Shown: piece after piece, positions 1 through 8,395 of the stretch
Layout of the letters: the number at the start of each line of letters is the position of its first letter
Position numbering within the stretch: the first letter of the stretch is position 1
Origin: an uncultured Actinomycetes bacterium
GTDB lineage: Bacteria > Actinomycetota > Coriobacteriia > Anaerosomatales > CAVRZR01
Direction: 5' to 3'
DNA length: 64,000 nucleotides
Assembly (NCBI GenBank): GCA_963809535.1
Contig: CAWEJW010000001.1
Coordinates: 1,150,105 to 1,214,104 of the forward strand
Made by a program: the position numbers and the translations under genes
Notes under the pieces: generated by a model
Seen by the model: only the letters and a program-made list of their open reading frames with translations
What the model was told of the DNA's origin: nothing
Database searches by the model: none

Positions 1-440
1 TACTCCACTTGCGCCTTGGTTAGGGGGCGTCTCGCCCAATCAGTGAAGGTGTCGGCCTTGTCGAGCTGGACCCCGAGGAGGTCCTTTACGAGAGTCGCGT
101 AGCCGGTCTGCTGGGGGAAGCCCGCGAGGTTTGCCGCGAGTTGCGTGTCGAAGATCGGCGCCGCAGTCGTACCCATGAGCCGATAGAAGATCTCCAGGTC
201 CTGCGTCCCGGCGTGCAGCACCTTGACGATCTTCGCGTCGCGAAGCACCGAGAAGAGCGGTGACAGGTCATCGATGGCCAGAGGGTCGACGATGACGGTG
301 CCATCAGCTAGAGAAAGTTGGACGAGACACAGTCGCGGGAAGTAGGTCTTCTCGCGCATGAACTCTGTGTCGAGACCGATCGCCGGCGCGTTGCGCGCCC
401 GGTTGGCGAACTCCGCCAGATCTTCCGTCGTGCTTAGCAC
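1..440 (-). CDS. rnd: Ribonuclease D, N-terminal part (gene runs off the left edge)
   Basis: Absent from the ORF track because it is truncated by the window edge. Reverse translation from GTG at 440 reads VLSTTEDLAEFANRARNAPAIGLDTEFMREKTYFPRLCLVQLS..VLHAGTQDLEIF, a typical RNase D DEDD exonuclease N-terminus. Confidence 0.8.
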   Translation of the reverse strand, partial: MLSTTEDLAEFANRARNAPAIGLDTEFMREKTYFPRLCLVQLSLADGTVIVDPLAIDDLSPLFSVLRDAKIVKVLHAGTQDLEIFYRLMGTTAAPIFDTQLAANLAGFPQQTGYATLVKDLLGVQLDKADTFTDWARRPLTKAQVE

Positions 441-570
441 AAACGCTCCTCGCAACTGATGAGTTGAAGGCGGGCGACCCACCGCCCGCGAATCGCTATC
501 ATGAGTACCTTAGCCGAGGGAGATGTGTCGCACCAATCGAGGCCAGGCCCGGGGCGATCGGGAGGGGCAC

Positions 571-1560
571 GTGCGCGTTCTGGTCGTCTGCAACCTGCTC
601 TCAGGACCTTCGGTCTCCGACGTGTATGACCTGGCGCACGCCCTCGGACACCACGAGTGCGAGGTTGTGCTCCGCTACTTCAAAGGGCAAGGCGTCCTGG
701 CGGATCTGGTCGACGACGCTCAGCAGTTCGACCGCGTCGTGGCCGCAGGCGGCGATGGGACAGTCTCGAGTATCGCCTACGCGCTGAGGGACTCCGGAAC
801 CCCGCTCGTCGCTTCTCCCCACGGTACTGCCAACCTCATCGCCGCCTATCTGCGCATGCCTATCGATCCGGTACGGCTTGCCGACATCGTCTTGCGCGGC
901 AAGCGTCTCGACCTTGACATCGGAGAGCTGACTCACATGGGCAGCCTCGAGCCTCTCCCACCTCACCAGCGCAAGGGATTCATGCTGGCGGCGGGCGCGG
1001 GTTTCGATGCTGCGATCATGGAGGCAGCGAAACCTCTGAAGTCGTCTATGGGCGTGCTCGCGTATGTCGCAGGCATCATGCAGAACCTTGCGCCGACACA
1101 TTCGGCCTTTCGCGTCGTGCTCGACGGGCGTGAGCTTAGAACGGACGGCATCGCCGTACTCGTGGTGAATACTGGAAAGGTGCAATTCGATCTCTCGATC
1201 ACACACAGCTCTGATCCGCGCGACGGTAGGCTCGAGGTGGCGATCGTTCGTTCCAAAACGGCCGTGGGGCTCTTGCCAGCGGTGTGGGACGCATTGCTGG
1301 ACAAGGTCGTCGAGCGCCCCGAACGGGGACCCCTCGTGATCGAGTCTGCCCGCGAGGTCCTCGTCGAGGCAGACCCGCCGCTTCGACTGCAGTACGACGG
1401 AGAGGTCATCGACTGCACGACCCCGTTCGGCGTTCGCGTCCTCCCCGGCGCAGCCCGCTTCATCGTCGCCGAGAAATCTCTGGTCGGTGCCGCAGGTCCG
1501 GGCGCCAACGGCCGGGCCCGGCCGCTCCCTACCTTCGGCCGAAGGAACGGATCACCGTGA
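571..1560 (+). CDS. Diacylglycerol/lipid kinase family protein (YegS/DagK-like)
   Basis: ORF 523..1560. VRVLVVCNLLSG start region and the GGDGTVSSIAYAL motif match the DAGK catalytic domain. GTG at 571 follows GGGAGGGG. Confidence 0.8.
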   Translation: MRVLVVCNLLSGPSVSDVYDLAHALGHHECEVVLRYFKGQGVLADLVDDAQQFDRVVAAGGDGTVSSIAYALRDSGTPLVASPHGTANLIAAYLRMPIDPVRLADIVLRGKRLDLDIGELTHMGSLEPLPPHQRKGFMLAAGAGFDAAIMEAAKPLKSSMGVLAYVAGIMQNLAPTHSAFRVVLDGRELRTDGIAVLVVNTGKVQFDLSITHSSDPRDGRLEVAIVRSKTAVGLLPAVWDALLDKVVERPERGPLVIESAREVLVEADPPLRLQYDGEVIDCTTPFGVRVLPGAARFIVAEKSLVGAAGPGANGRARPLPTFGRRNGSP

Positions 1561-1576
1561 GAGTCGGGAGCCGCAC

Positions 1577-2323
1577 ATGAGTCGTGAGCGCAAACGGGAG
1601 ATCGCGATCGCCGTCCTCCTGGTCACTGTAGCTGTCGTCATCTACACGGCGAGAGTGCTGATCTTCGACCACACGGACGAGATGCTTCGCTACCTCATGG
1701 ACGATTTCGCATTCCTGCTCATACAGGCGTTGATCGTCTGGCTCGTCCTGGACCGCGTGATCCGGCGTATCGAGGCCGAGGCCCTGAGGAACAAGCTCAA
1801 CATGGTCATTGGCGCCTTCTACGCCGAGATGGGAAGCGCGCTTATGGGCGCCATCGCCTCGTTCGACATCGATTTCGCTGAGATTCGGCCGCTCCTCCTC
1901 GTCCAACCCACGTGGACACGCGATGACTACGCGCGCGCCAAGGCGGGCCTGCGCGGATTCGACTACTCCATCGAGCTGCAGTGCGGCGATCTGCCCGAGC
2001 TGAAGTCCCTTCTGCTCTCGGAGCGGTCCTTCATGCTGGGCCTTCTCGAGAACCCGAACTTGCTCGAACACGAAGCATTCACCGAGCTGCTGTGGGCGGT
2101 CTTCCACCTCGCCGAGGAGCTTGCCGTCCGCGCTGACGTCTCATGCCTTGTCGGCCCCGACGCCCGTCACGTTGCCGGCGACATCAAACGAGCATACGAG
2201 CTGCTCGTCATCCAGTGGCTCGACTACATGCGCCACCTGCAGACTGCTTACCCGCACCTATTCTCGCTTGCTGTGCGAACGAATCCTCTCGATCCGCAGG
2301 CTCCCATCGTGGTGACCAGCTAA
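1577..2323 (+). CDS. Hypothetical membrane-anchored protein
   Basis: In-frame ATG at 1577 inside ORF 1487..2323. Has an N-terminal TM helix (IAIAVLLVTVAVVIYTA). No family recognised. Confidence 0.6.
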   Translation: MSRERKREIAIAVLLVTVAVVIYTARVLIFDHTDEMLRYLMDDFAFLLIQALIVWLVLDRVIRRIEAEALRNKLNMVIGAFYAEMGSALMGAIASFDIDFAEIRPLLLVQPTWTRDDYARAKAGLRGFDYSIELQCGDLPELKSLLLSERSFMLGLLENPNLLEHEAFTELLWAVFHLAEELAVRADVSCLVGPDARHVAGDIKRAYELLVIQWLDYMRHLQTAYPHLFSLAVRTNPLDPQAPIVVTS

Positions 2324-2363
2324 GAACCGCTCACTGGTCCGCTCCCGCATCGTCATGAAACGC

Positions 2364-2392
2364 GAGAGGGCGGCCCGCTGGGCCGCCCTCTC
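2364..2392. terminator. Bidirectional terminator hairpin between convergent genes
   Basis: Perfect 13-bp stem GAGAGGGCGGCCC-GCT-GGGCCGCCCTCTC, between the stop at 2323 (+) and the cspA stop at 2415 (-). Confidence 0.6.
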
Positions 2393-2414
2393 AGACTTCG
2401 CTATGAGGTTTGAG

Positions 2415-2618
2415 CTACGCCTTGCGGACGTTGCTCGCCTGGAGCTTGCCGTTCTGACCGGTGGTCACGTCGAACACGACGGCCTGACCCTCGTCGAGGC
2501 TCTTAAAGCCGTCCATCTGGATCTCGGAGAAGTGGACGAAGAGGTCTTCGCCGTCCTCGCGAGAGATGAAGCCATAGCCCTTGTCCGGATTGAACCACTT
2601 GACGGTACCTTCAGCCAT
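2415..2618 (-). CDS. cspA: Cold-shock protein (CspA family)
   Basis: [33 protein letters not shown], 67 aa with canonical RNP1/RNP2 motifs. ATG at 2618 inside ORF 2415..2864. Confidence 0.95.
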   Translation of the reverse strand: MAEGTVKWFNPDKGYGFISREDGEDLFVHFSEIQMDGFKSLDEGQAVVFDVTTGQNGKLQASNVRKA

Positions 2619-2706
2619 TCCTAACTCACTCTCCGCCCCGCAGGGCAACAAAAAGGCGGCGTGCGTCCCGACTTGCTGACACCTTGGGGCGCCGCGCCGC
2701 GAACTC

Positions 2707-2739
2707 ACGGACCACATACGGTCCGTCAGCGGCAGTATA
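2707..2739 (-). promoter_or_regulatory. Candidate cspA promoter -10 box (TATACT, 2739..2734) followed by a 7-bp leader hairpin (2707..2726)
   Basis: The reverse strand reads cgcTATACTgcc, then ACGGACC-N6-GGTCCGT. This implies a 5' UTR of about 110 nt, as is usual for csp genes. Confidence 0.3.
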
Positions 2740-2802
2740 GCGAATCCGAAACAGGAATTCGAGAGTCGGCCCAGTTGGAGTGTTCGCGGCGCCAAGAAGG
2801 TT

Positions 2803-3960
2803 CTACGGAAGCCGGTACTCCTGGGCGCCCGTCGTCGATCGAATCGGTCGGATGCGAACCACACTCGCCTTGAAGATGAGCTTCACACGCGAACCCACGG
2901 CAAGATCCAAGGCCAATGCTGACAGCCTCGAGACGGTCGACGCAAAGCGCAGACACCCGTGGGTGACCACTACTCGCTCCATCGCGCCGTCAGCCGACAG
3001 GTGGTCGACCACACCCTCGATCTGATTGCGCGCTGACGTCTTTGGCAGCTCGACGTCCGGCTCGAAGAGAAGGACATCCTCCGGCCGAACACCGACAACG
3101 ACGGGTGTGCCGACCTCGAAGTCCCCCATCGCGAAGATGTGCTCATCGCCGCAGTCCACGCGAACGATGCCCCCGTCGTTCGAGCCGACGACGCCCTCGA
3201 TCGGGCATTCCGCGCCGACGAAGGTCGCGACCCACTCGTCCACCGGCAATGCCAGGACGACCTCGGGTGCACCCTCGCTGACGATCCGGCCGTCGCGCAT
3301 GACCCCCATGCAATCGGCCACTACGGCGGCCTCATCTCGATCGTGGGTCACGTACAGCGTCGTGACATGCTCGCTCGCCAGTATGTCGGCAAACTCGAGC
3401 GACAACTGTCGCTTGAGCAACGGGTCGATGTAGGACAGCGGCTCGTCCAGCAATAGGAGGTCCGGCTCGAGCACGAGGGCCCTCGCAAGGGCGACCCGCT
3501 GCGCTTCGCCGCCCGACAGCGTCAGAGCACTTCTCTCTTGCCAGCCGTCCATGCCCATGCGAGCCAGCACTGCGGATACGCGCCTGGCACGCTCGTCCGC
3601 CCCGACGCTGCGCAGGCGAAGGCCATAGGCCACGTTGTCACGGACGGTGCCTCGCAGCAGATACGGCTTCTGGAAGACGGCGGCAACGCGGCGGCGCATC
3701 GACAGACTGTGCCGGTCTCCCTCAACACCGTCGAACAGGACGCGCCCGGTTGTCGGCTTCTCGAGCATACCGAGCACGCGAAGCAGGGTTGACTTCCCCG
3801 CACCGGACGCGCCGAGGAGGCAGTACGTCTTGCCAGACGCCAGCTCGATCACATCGACGTCGAGGACCGTCTTCTTGCGATACGCGACGGAAAGCTCCTC
3901 GCCCCGCACGAGCGGCGCGTCGGACTTCCCAGAGCCAGAGGCCAGAGCGTCAGCTTTCAT
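2803..3960 (-). CDS. tupC: Tungstate/molybdate ABC transporter ATP-binding protein with C-terminal TOBE domain
   Basis: Walker [18 protein letters not shown] signature, and a C-terminal TOBE-like beta domain ([22 protein letters not shown]). In an operon with tupA and tupB. Confidence 0.8.
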   Translation of the reverse strand: MKADALASGSGKSDAPLVRGEELSVAYRKKTVLDVDVIELASGKTYCLLGASGAGKSTLLRVLGMLEKPTTGRVLFDGVEGDRHSLSMRRRVAAVFQKPYLLRGTVRDNVAYGLRLRSVGADERARRVSAVLARMGMDGWQERSALTLSGGEAQRVALARALVLEPDLLLLDEPLSYIDPLLKRQLSLEFADILASEHVTTLYVTHDRDEAAVVADCMGVMRDGRIVSEGAPEVVLALPVDEWVATFVGAECPIEGVVGSNDGGIVRVDCGDEHIFAMGDFEVGTPVVVGVRPEDVLLFEPDVELPKTSARNQIEGVVDHLSADGAMERVVVTHGCLRFASTVSRLSALALDLAVGSRVKLIFKASVVRIRPIRSTTGAQEYRLP

Positions 3961-4654
3961 ACGCAGTCGACGTGTTCTGGAGCGCCGTGAGGGCTATGTT
4001 CACACTCAGAGCGATCCCGATGAGGATCATCGCCCAAGCCATTGCCGCGGCGAAGTCCCCTCGCGTCACGTTGGCCATGATCGCGGTGGTCATGACGTCC
4101 GTGTACCCTTCGATGCCGCCTCCGACGATCGACACGGCGCCGACCTCCGAGATGATGGCCGCGAAGCCTGCGATCACCGAGACGATGACTCCCCCGCGGG
4201 CCTCCTTCAGGATCGCGTAGGCCATCTGCATCCTCGACGCGCCCAACGCCTGGAGTTGAAGCCGGAGGTCACGTGCAACCGACTGCACGGCGACGGCAGT
4301 GACGCCGATCACGAGCGGTATTGCGAGAATCACCTGCGCGATGACCATGCCCTGCGGCGTGAACAGAAGGTCCAGGGTGCCCAAGGGACCCGATCTCGAG
4401 AGCGCCAGGTATACGAACAGACCAACCACCACAGGGGGAAAGCCCATAGCCGTGTTCACTAAGAGGATGACGATGGCACGTCCAGCAAATCTCCTGATGC
4501 CGAGAAAGTAGCCCAACGGAATGCCGAAGACCGCAGCGATCAGCACCGCAGAGCCGGAGACCATGAGGGAGAGAGTGACGACCTGGTAGACGCGGGAACC
4601 ACCGTGAAGAAGCAGCTGGATCGCGTTGGTTATGGCGGTGATGTAGATCTGCAT
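3950..4654 (-). CDS. tupB: Tungstate ABC transporter permease
   Basis: 234-aa polytopic permease with an EAA-like loop (LQALGASRMQMAYAILKEARGG). Overlaps the tupC start by 11 nt. Confidence 0.8.
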   Translation of the reverse strand: MQIYITAITNAIQLLLHGGSRVYQVVTLSLMVSGSAVLIAAVFGIPLGYFLGIRRFAGRAIVILLVNTAMGFPPVVVGLFVYLALSRSGPLGTLDLLFTPQGMVIAQVILAIPLVIGVTAVAVQSVARDLRLQLQALGASRMQMAYAILKEARGGVIVSVIAGFAAIISEVGAVSIVGGGIEGYTDVMTTAIMANVTRGDFAAAMAWAMILIGIALSVNIALTALQNTSTAYES

Positions 4655-4742
4655 GGGGCCCCCGCTCGCTCTGCATCATATGAGACGCACGTCCGCACAC
4701 CGCACCGAGCTCACGCCCCACGCGATGTACGGACGATGACCC

Positions 4743-4780
4743 ATGTCTCGGCCGGCCGCCGCAGCAGCCGACCGAGACAT
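4743..4780. other. Intercistronic stem-loop between tupA and tupB
   Basis: ATGTCTCGG ... CCGAGACAT outer arms with a further GC-rich inner stem, in the 145-bp tupA-tupB spacer. Confidence 0.4.
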
Positions 4781-4799
4781 CATCACGATCGAGTAGAGA

Positions 4800-6005
4800 C
4801 TACCAGTAACCAGGATTCGCTCTGAAGAGCGGGAAGCCGAACGTGTCGACTCCATACGCATTGATCGCCGATTTCGCCTGTGCGGACATAATCCAGCGCC
4901 GAAAGTCCTGCGCACCCTCTGGGTTCCTCGTGTACGGAACGGCGGTGGTGCGCCTCGTGACTTCGATGACGCTGTACTGGTTCTTGTAGACGCTGGATCC
5001 CTCGTCGACGATCTTGAGGTTCGTGACCGTCTTCAGCGTCACGGAACAGTTCAGCCACGTGCCACGGTCTGCCAGCGTGTAGCCGGCCTGCTGATCGGCT
5101 GCCGAAAGGGCCTGCGCCATACCCATAGTACCGGTGGCCTTGTACCACGACTGACCGGTCTGCGGATTGCCGATGGAGGCCCAGATCTCCTTCTCCTTGG
5201 TGTTGGTGCCGGAGTTGTCGTTGCGGGAGATGAAGATCGAGTTGGTCGACGCAATCTTGCCGAAGGCAACCACTGGTGTATCGGCATCGAGGATGCCTGC
5301 GGGGTTATTCTTCGGGCCGACAAGCACGTAGTCGTTGTACATCACCTTGAAGCGGGTTGCGCCCTTGTACGGCGTCAACGCGCCGGACACCCTGCCGCTC
5401 ATGAACGGCACTTCCAGTACGGGGCTGTGCACGAGCAGGACGTCGGCGTCGCCGCTACCGCCCAGCGCGATCGATGCGCCGGTTCCGAGGAACGCAGCCT
5501 TGACCGCGTACTCGGGACAGTCTCTCGCAAAGAGGGGCCTCATGGCTTCCCACAGTCCCGCGTCTCTGAACGACGTGGTCGATGCGAGGGTCAGCTGGTA
5601 CCTGACGCCAGGGCCGTTCTTCACGGCCAGCGTCGCCGTGCGAGACATCCCTGCTGAGGGGGCGGCGTAGCGCGCGCGGATGAAGAACTTCCCACCGAGT
5701 TTCGGCGTGTACTTGTACGACCACCGGCCGTCCGTCTTGATCAGCGGCTGGGAGATGACGGTCCACCAGGTACGCCCCGGCTTGCGGATCTCCAATGTGA
5801 GGCGCTTGCCGTGATACGCCTTGCTCACGCGGCCGCTCATGGTGAACGGGGCCGCCTTGTACTGATACGTCGAGCTTACGATCAGAGTCGAAATCGGGAC
5901 GGTTGCCGCGTGGGCAGCGACTGGCACGGCTAGTGCCGCCGCTAGAACCACCGCCACCAGTAGTGCGGCTCGCCGACGCATAGGCGAGCTCTTCAAGTGG
6001 GGCAT
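4800..6005 (-). CDS. tupA: Tungstate-binding protein TupA with signal peptide and an extra N-terminal domain of about 100 aa
   Basis: LASTTSFRDAGLW and SRNDNSGTNTKEKEIW match the TupA anion-binding motifs (TTTS..DSGL / SRGDNSGTH). Signal peptide ends AVPVAAHA-A. The second ATG (6005) is better spaced from GGAAAGGAG than ATG 6011. Confidence 0.85.
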   Translation of the reverse strand: MPHLKSSPMRRRAALLVAVVLAAALAVPVAAHAATVPISTLIVSSTYQYKAAPFTMSGRVSKAYHGKRLTLEIRKPGRTWWTVISQPLIKTDGRWSYKYTPKLGGKFFIRARYAAPSAGMSRTATLAVKNGPGVRYQLTLASTTSFRDAGLWEAMRPLFARDCPEYAVKAAFLGTGASIALGGSGDADVLLVHSPVLEVPFMSGRVSGALTPYKGATRFKVMYNDYVLVGPKNNPAGILDADTPVVAFGKIASTNSIFISRNDNSGTNTKEKEIWASIGNPQTGQSWYKATGTMGMAQALSAADQQAGYTLADRGTWLNCSVTLKTVTNLKIVDEGSSVYKNQYSVIEVTRRTTAVPYTRNPEGAQDFRRWIMSAQAKSAINAYGVDTFGFPLFRANPGYW

Positions 6006-6007
6006 AT

Positions 6008-6115
6008 GCATCTCCTTTCCAATACGGGAGGCCGCACGGTTCCCCGTGTGACCCTATCGTTCCGCTGACCGTTGCCAGCGCGTGCTGCAGAGGGTCGATG
6101 CGGAATCGGAGTCGC
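6008..6115 (-). promoter_or_regulatory. Structured leader RNA, Moco/Tuco-riboswitch-like (copy RS2), directly upstream of tupA
   Basis: Reverse strand reads GCGACTCCGA..TTCCGC/GCGGAA stem..CACGG-GGAA-CCGTG (GNRA hairpin)..GGCCTCCCGTATTGGAAAGGAGATGC. The outer helix GCGACTCC/GGAGATGC covers the tupA SD and first ATG. A 27-column block is near-identical to 10681..10707. Confidence 0.55.
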
Positions 6116-6148
6116 GCCGCTGCGGCGACGCGTCAAACCCATGGATAC

Positions 6149-6836
6149 CTACTTCACGAGCACCATGCTTGCAGCCACTTTCTTCAGGTCCGCCAGACCC
6201 GGGTCGCCCTGCAATTCGTTGAAGTTCCCACCGGAGTTGTAGATGATCATCGGTGGTGTGGTCTTGTCTGCCGGGTCCTGGTACATCACGTCTGCGCGCT
6301 GGCCGTCCCACGCGGTCTTCCCGGCTGAAGTGATCGGGTAGCCGTGCGCCTTCGGACTGCCCTGCGTGAACACCAGAGCCTTGTTGCCGTTGAGGAACAC
6401 CAAGCTGCAGACAAGGCCCGTTCCCGGATCGAACTCTACGATGTCCACGGTGTCCAGCTTGTATCCGGCGGGCAGCGTCTTCGGATACCAGACAGGGAAC
6501 TTGACGTTCCGGGCGTAGGTGGCCACCTTTGCCGGCCAGATCGCCGGAGTTGCGGGCTTCGCCGGCTTCGTCGTGGTTGTCGTCTTGGTCGTCGTAGCCG
6601 AACCTGTGGCGGCCGCAGACCCCGGCCGGGTTGGTCGTGCTTGTTCCGCCCGCTGAACCTGTGCTCGTCTCGGAAGGCAGTACTGCCTGCACGGTCCCGG
6701 TGGCGGAGACTGCACCGCGCTTCTCGGTCTTGGGTGTGTCCCTCCTCTTACATCCGGGCACAAGCAGAACGGCCATCACGAGAAGTAGCACGCCCAATAA
6801 CACGGCCAAGCGGCCAACTGGTGAGCGGTTGTGCAT
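6149..6836 (-). pseudogene. Lipoprotein with DUF4367-like C-terminal domain, apparently frameshifted in its Ser/Thr/Gly linker
   Basis: Signal peptide plus lipobox (LLLVMAVLLVPGCK) is in the frame of ORF 6054..6875. The folded C-terminal domain (FPVWYPKTLPAGYKLDTV..) is in the frame of ORF 6149..6763. The frames switch near CCGGCCGGGG (6618..6635). Confidence 0.55.
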
Positions 6837-6902
6837 TCGCATCATCTCCTCCCTTGCTGCCAACCGAGTTCGCAATTTACCATGCGGTCAGCTGCACTCC
6901 CA

Positions 6903-6918
6903 TGCGATTCCCGTGCCA
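6903..6918 (-). promoter_or_regulatory. Sigma-54 (-24/-12) promoter candidate upstream of the lipoprotein-tupABC unit
   Basis: Reverse strand TGGCACGGGAATCGCA against consensus TGGCACG-N4-TTGCW. GG and GC have the exact spacing. Lies about 65 nt upstream of ATG 6836. Confidence 0.55.
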
Positions 6919-7173
6919 CACTAAGTCCGCACTTAGGGACTATACCCAATGCCGAATGCGAAGTGCTAGACGCCCCGCATGAACGACGGATGAACCAGCG
7001 GCGGCTCTCGTCGCCGGGCCGCTTCGCACTCTCTGGTGAAACATGGACGGCTCGGAGTCAAACGGCTTGCCCCATCACATGCGATACTCGCGAAAGGCGA
7101 ACCACCCACAGAACGACGTTTCCGAGGCGTGCCACTACCTGCTGATGCGAGCCGACCGACCGGAAGGACACCT

Positions 7174-8394
7174 ATGGTGCTCGACAAGCGCGACTTGTAC
7201 CGGCTGCCGTGGTCGATGAACGACAACCCGATTGCGTGGTTGGAAGTCACCGACATCTGCAACATCCATTGCGAAGGTTGCTACCGTCAGCACCTCACGG
7301 GTCACAAGCCGCTCGAGCAGATGAAGGAAGAAGTCGACTTCTTCTGTCAGTGGCGCAATCCCGACAACTTCTCTCTTGCGGGCGGCGAACCACTTATCCA
7401 CCCAGAGATCCTCGATCTGGTTGCCTACATCGCCAGCAAGGGAGTCAAGCCCGTCATCCTGACCAACGCCAAGGCGCTGACGCCCGAGCTGCTCAAGGAA
7501 CTGAAGGCGGCCGGCGCAGCCGGCTTCACCATCCACATCGACAGCCATCAGGAACGGCCGAGCTGGGGCGGGAAGTCGGAAGCCGATCTGAACGAGCTCC
7601 GTCAGAAGTACGCCGACATGATCGCCGCCGAGGGCGGCATGTACGTGATCTTCAACTCGACGGTCTACCCGTCGACGTTCCAGGAAGTCCCGGACGTGGT
7701 GCGTTGGGGGCGAGCAAACATAGACCGCGTTCAGGGGCTCGTGTTCATCACGTACCGCACGGCGACCACCGATACGAGCGTGGCCATGAATCCGTTCGAT
7801 CAACAAGTCGACATGAGCATGCTGAGTTACACGCGCGACTCGTTCGAGGAGGAGTTCGTCACATCGCCCGAGGTCTACGAGCTGCTGCGGGAGCACTTCC
7901 CGGAGTACGACGCGTCCGGCTATCTGGGCGGAAGCGTCCGTCACGACTCTTTCAAGTGGCTCCTCGGCACGCAAGTCGGCAGCAAGCGCGAGATATACGG
8001 TTCAGTGGGCAAGCGCACGATGGAGATCGCTCAGGCGGGCCATCATCTCTTCACCGGAAGGTACCTGGCCTACCTTTCGCAATCGACCATCGGCCGCAAG
8101 GTGTTCCTGCTCTCGCCGTGGGACCGCAGCCTGCGCCAAGCCTGGAAGAGGAGGCTCGGCCAGGTGCCCCGTCGCCCTCAGAGTCTCTTCGACAGGATCT
8201 ACCTGCAGAGTATCGGGATTATCCAGGCTCCGGACATCCAGGCCGACGGCCGCGCCGACATGTGCGACTCCTGTCCGGACATCACCGTCTACGACGGCAA
8301 ATTCATCAACTCGTGCCGCATGGACGAATACCGGCTGTTCGGCGGTTTCGTCTCGATTCTCGACAAGGACAAGGTCGAGGTGCCGGAGAGTTGA
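7174..8394 (+). CDS. Radical SAM protein (unassigned subfamily) with C-terminal Cys cluster
   Basis: CNIHCEGC (CxxxCxxC) after LEVTDI, GGEPLIHPE motif, C-terminal CDSCPD..C. ATG 7174 is preceded by GGAAGGA. Confidence 0.85.
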   Translation: MVLDKRDLYRLPWSMNDNPIAWLEVTDICNIHCEGCYRQHLTGHKPLEQMKEEVDFFCQWRNPDNFSLAGGEPLIHPEILDLVAYIASKGVKPVILTNAKALTPELLKELKAAGAAGFTIHIDSHQERPSWGGKSEADLNELRQKYADMIAAEGGMYVIFNSTVYPSTFQEVPDVVRWGRANIDRVQGLVFITYRTATTDTSVAMNPFDQQVDMSMLSYTRDSFEEEFVTSPEVYELLREHFPEYDASGYLGGSVRHDSFKWLLGTQVGSKREIYGSVGKRTMEIAQAGHHLFTGRYLAYLSQSTIGRKVFLLSPWDRSLRQAWKRRLGQVPRRPQSLFDRIYLQSIGIIQAPDIQADGRADMCDSCPDITVYDGKFINSCRMDEYRLFGGFVSILDKDKVEVPES

Positions 8395-8395
8395 T

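Noticed and set aside
7040-7052. CTCCGAGCC on the reverse strand (the Moco-motif 5' consensus) upstream of the lipoprotein gene
   Set aside because: No matching GGCCUCCC/GGAAAGG 3' block or GNRA hairpin lies within a riboswitch-sized distance. This is probably chance.
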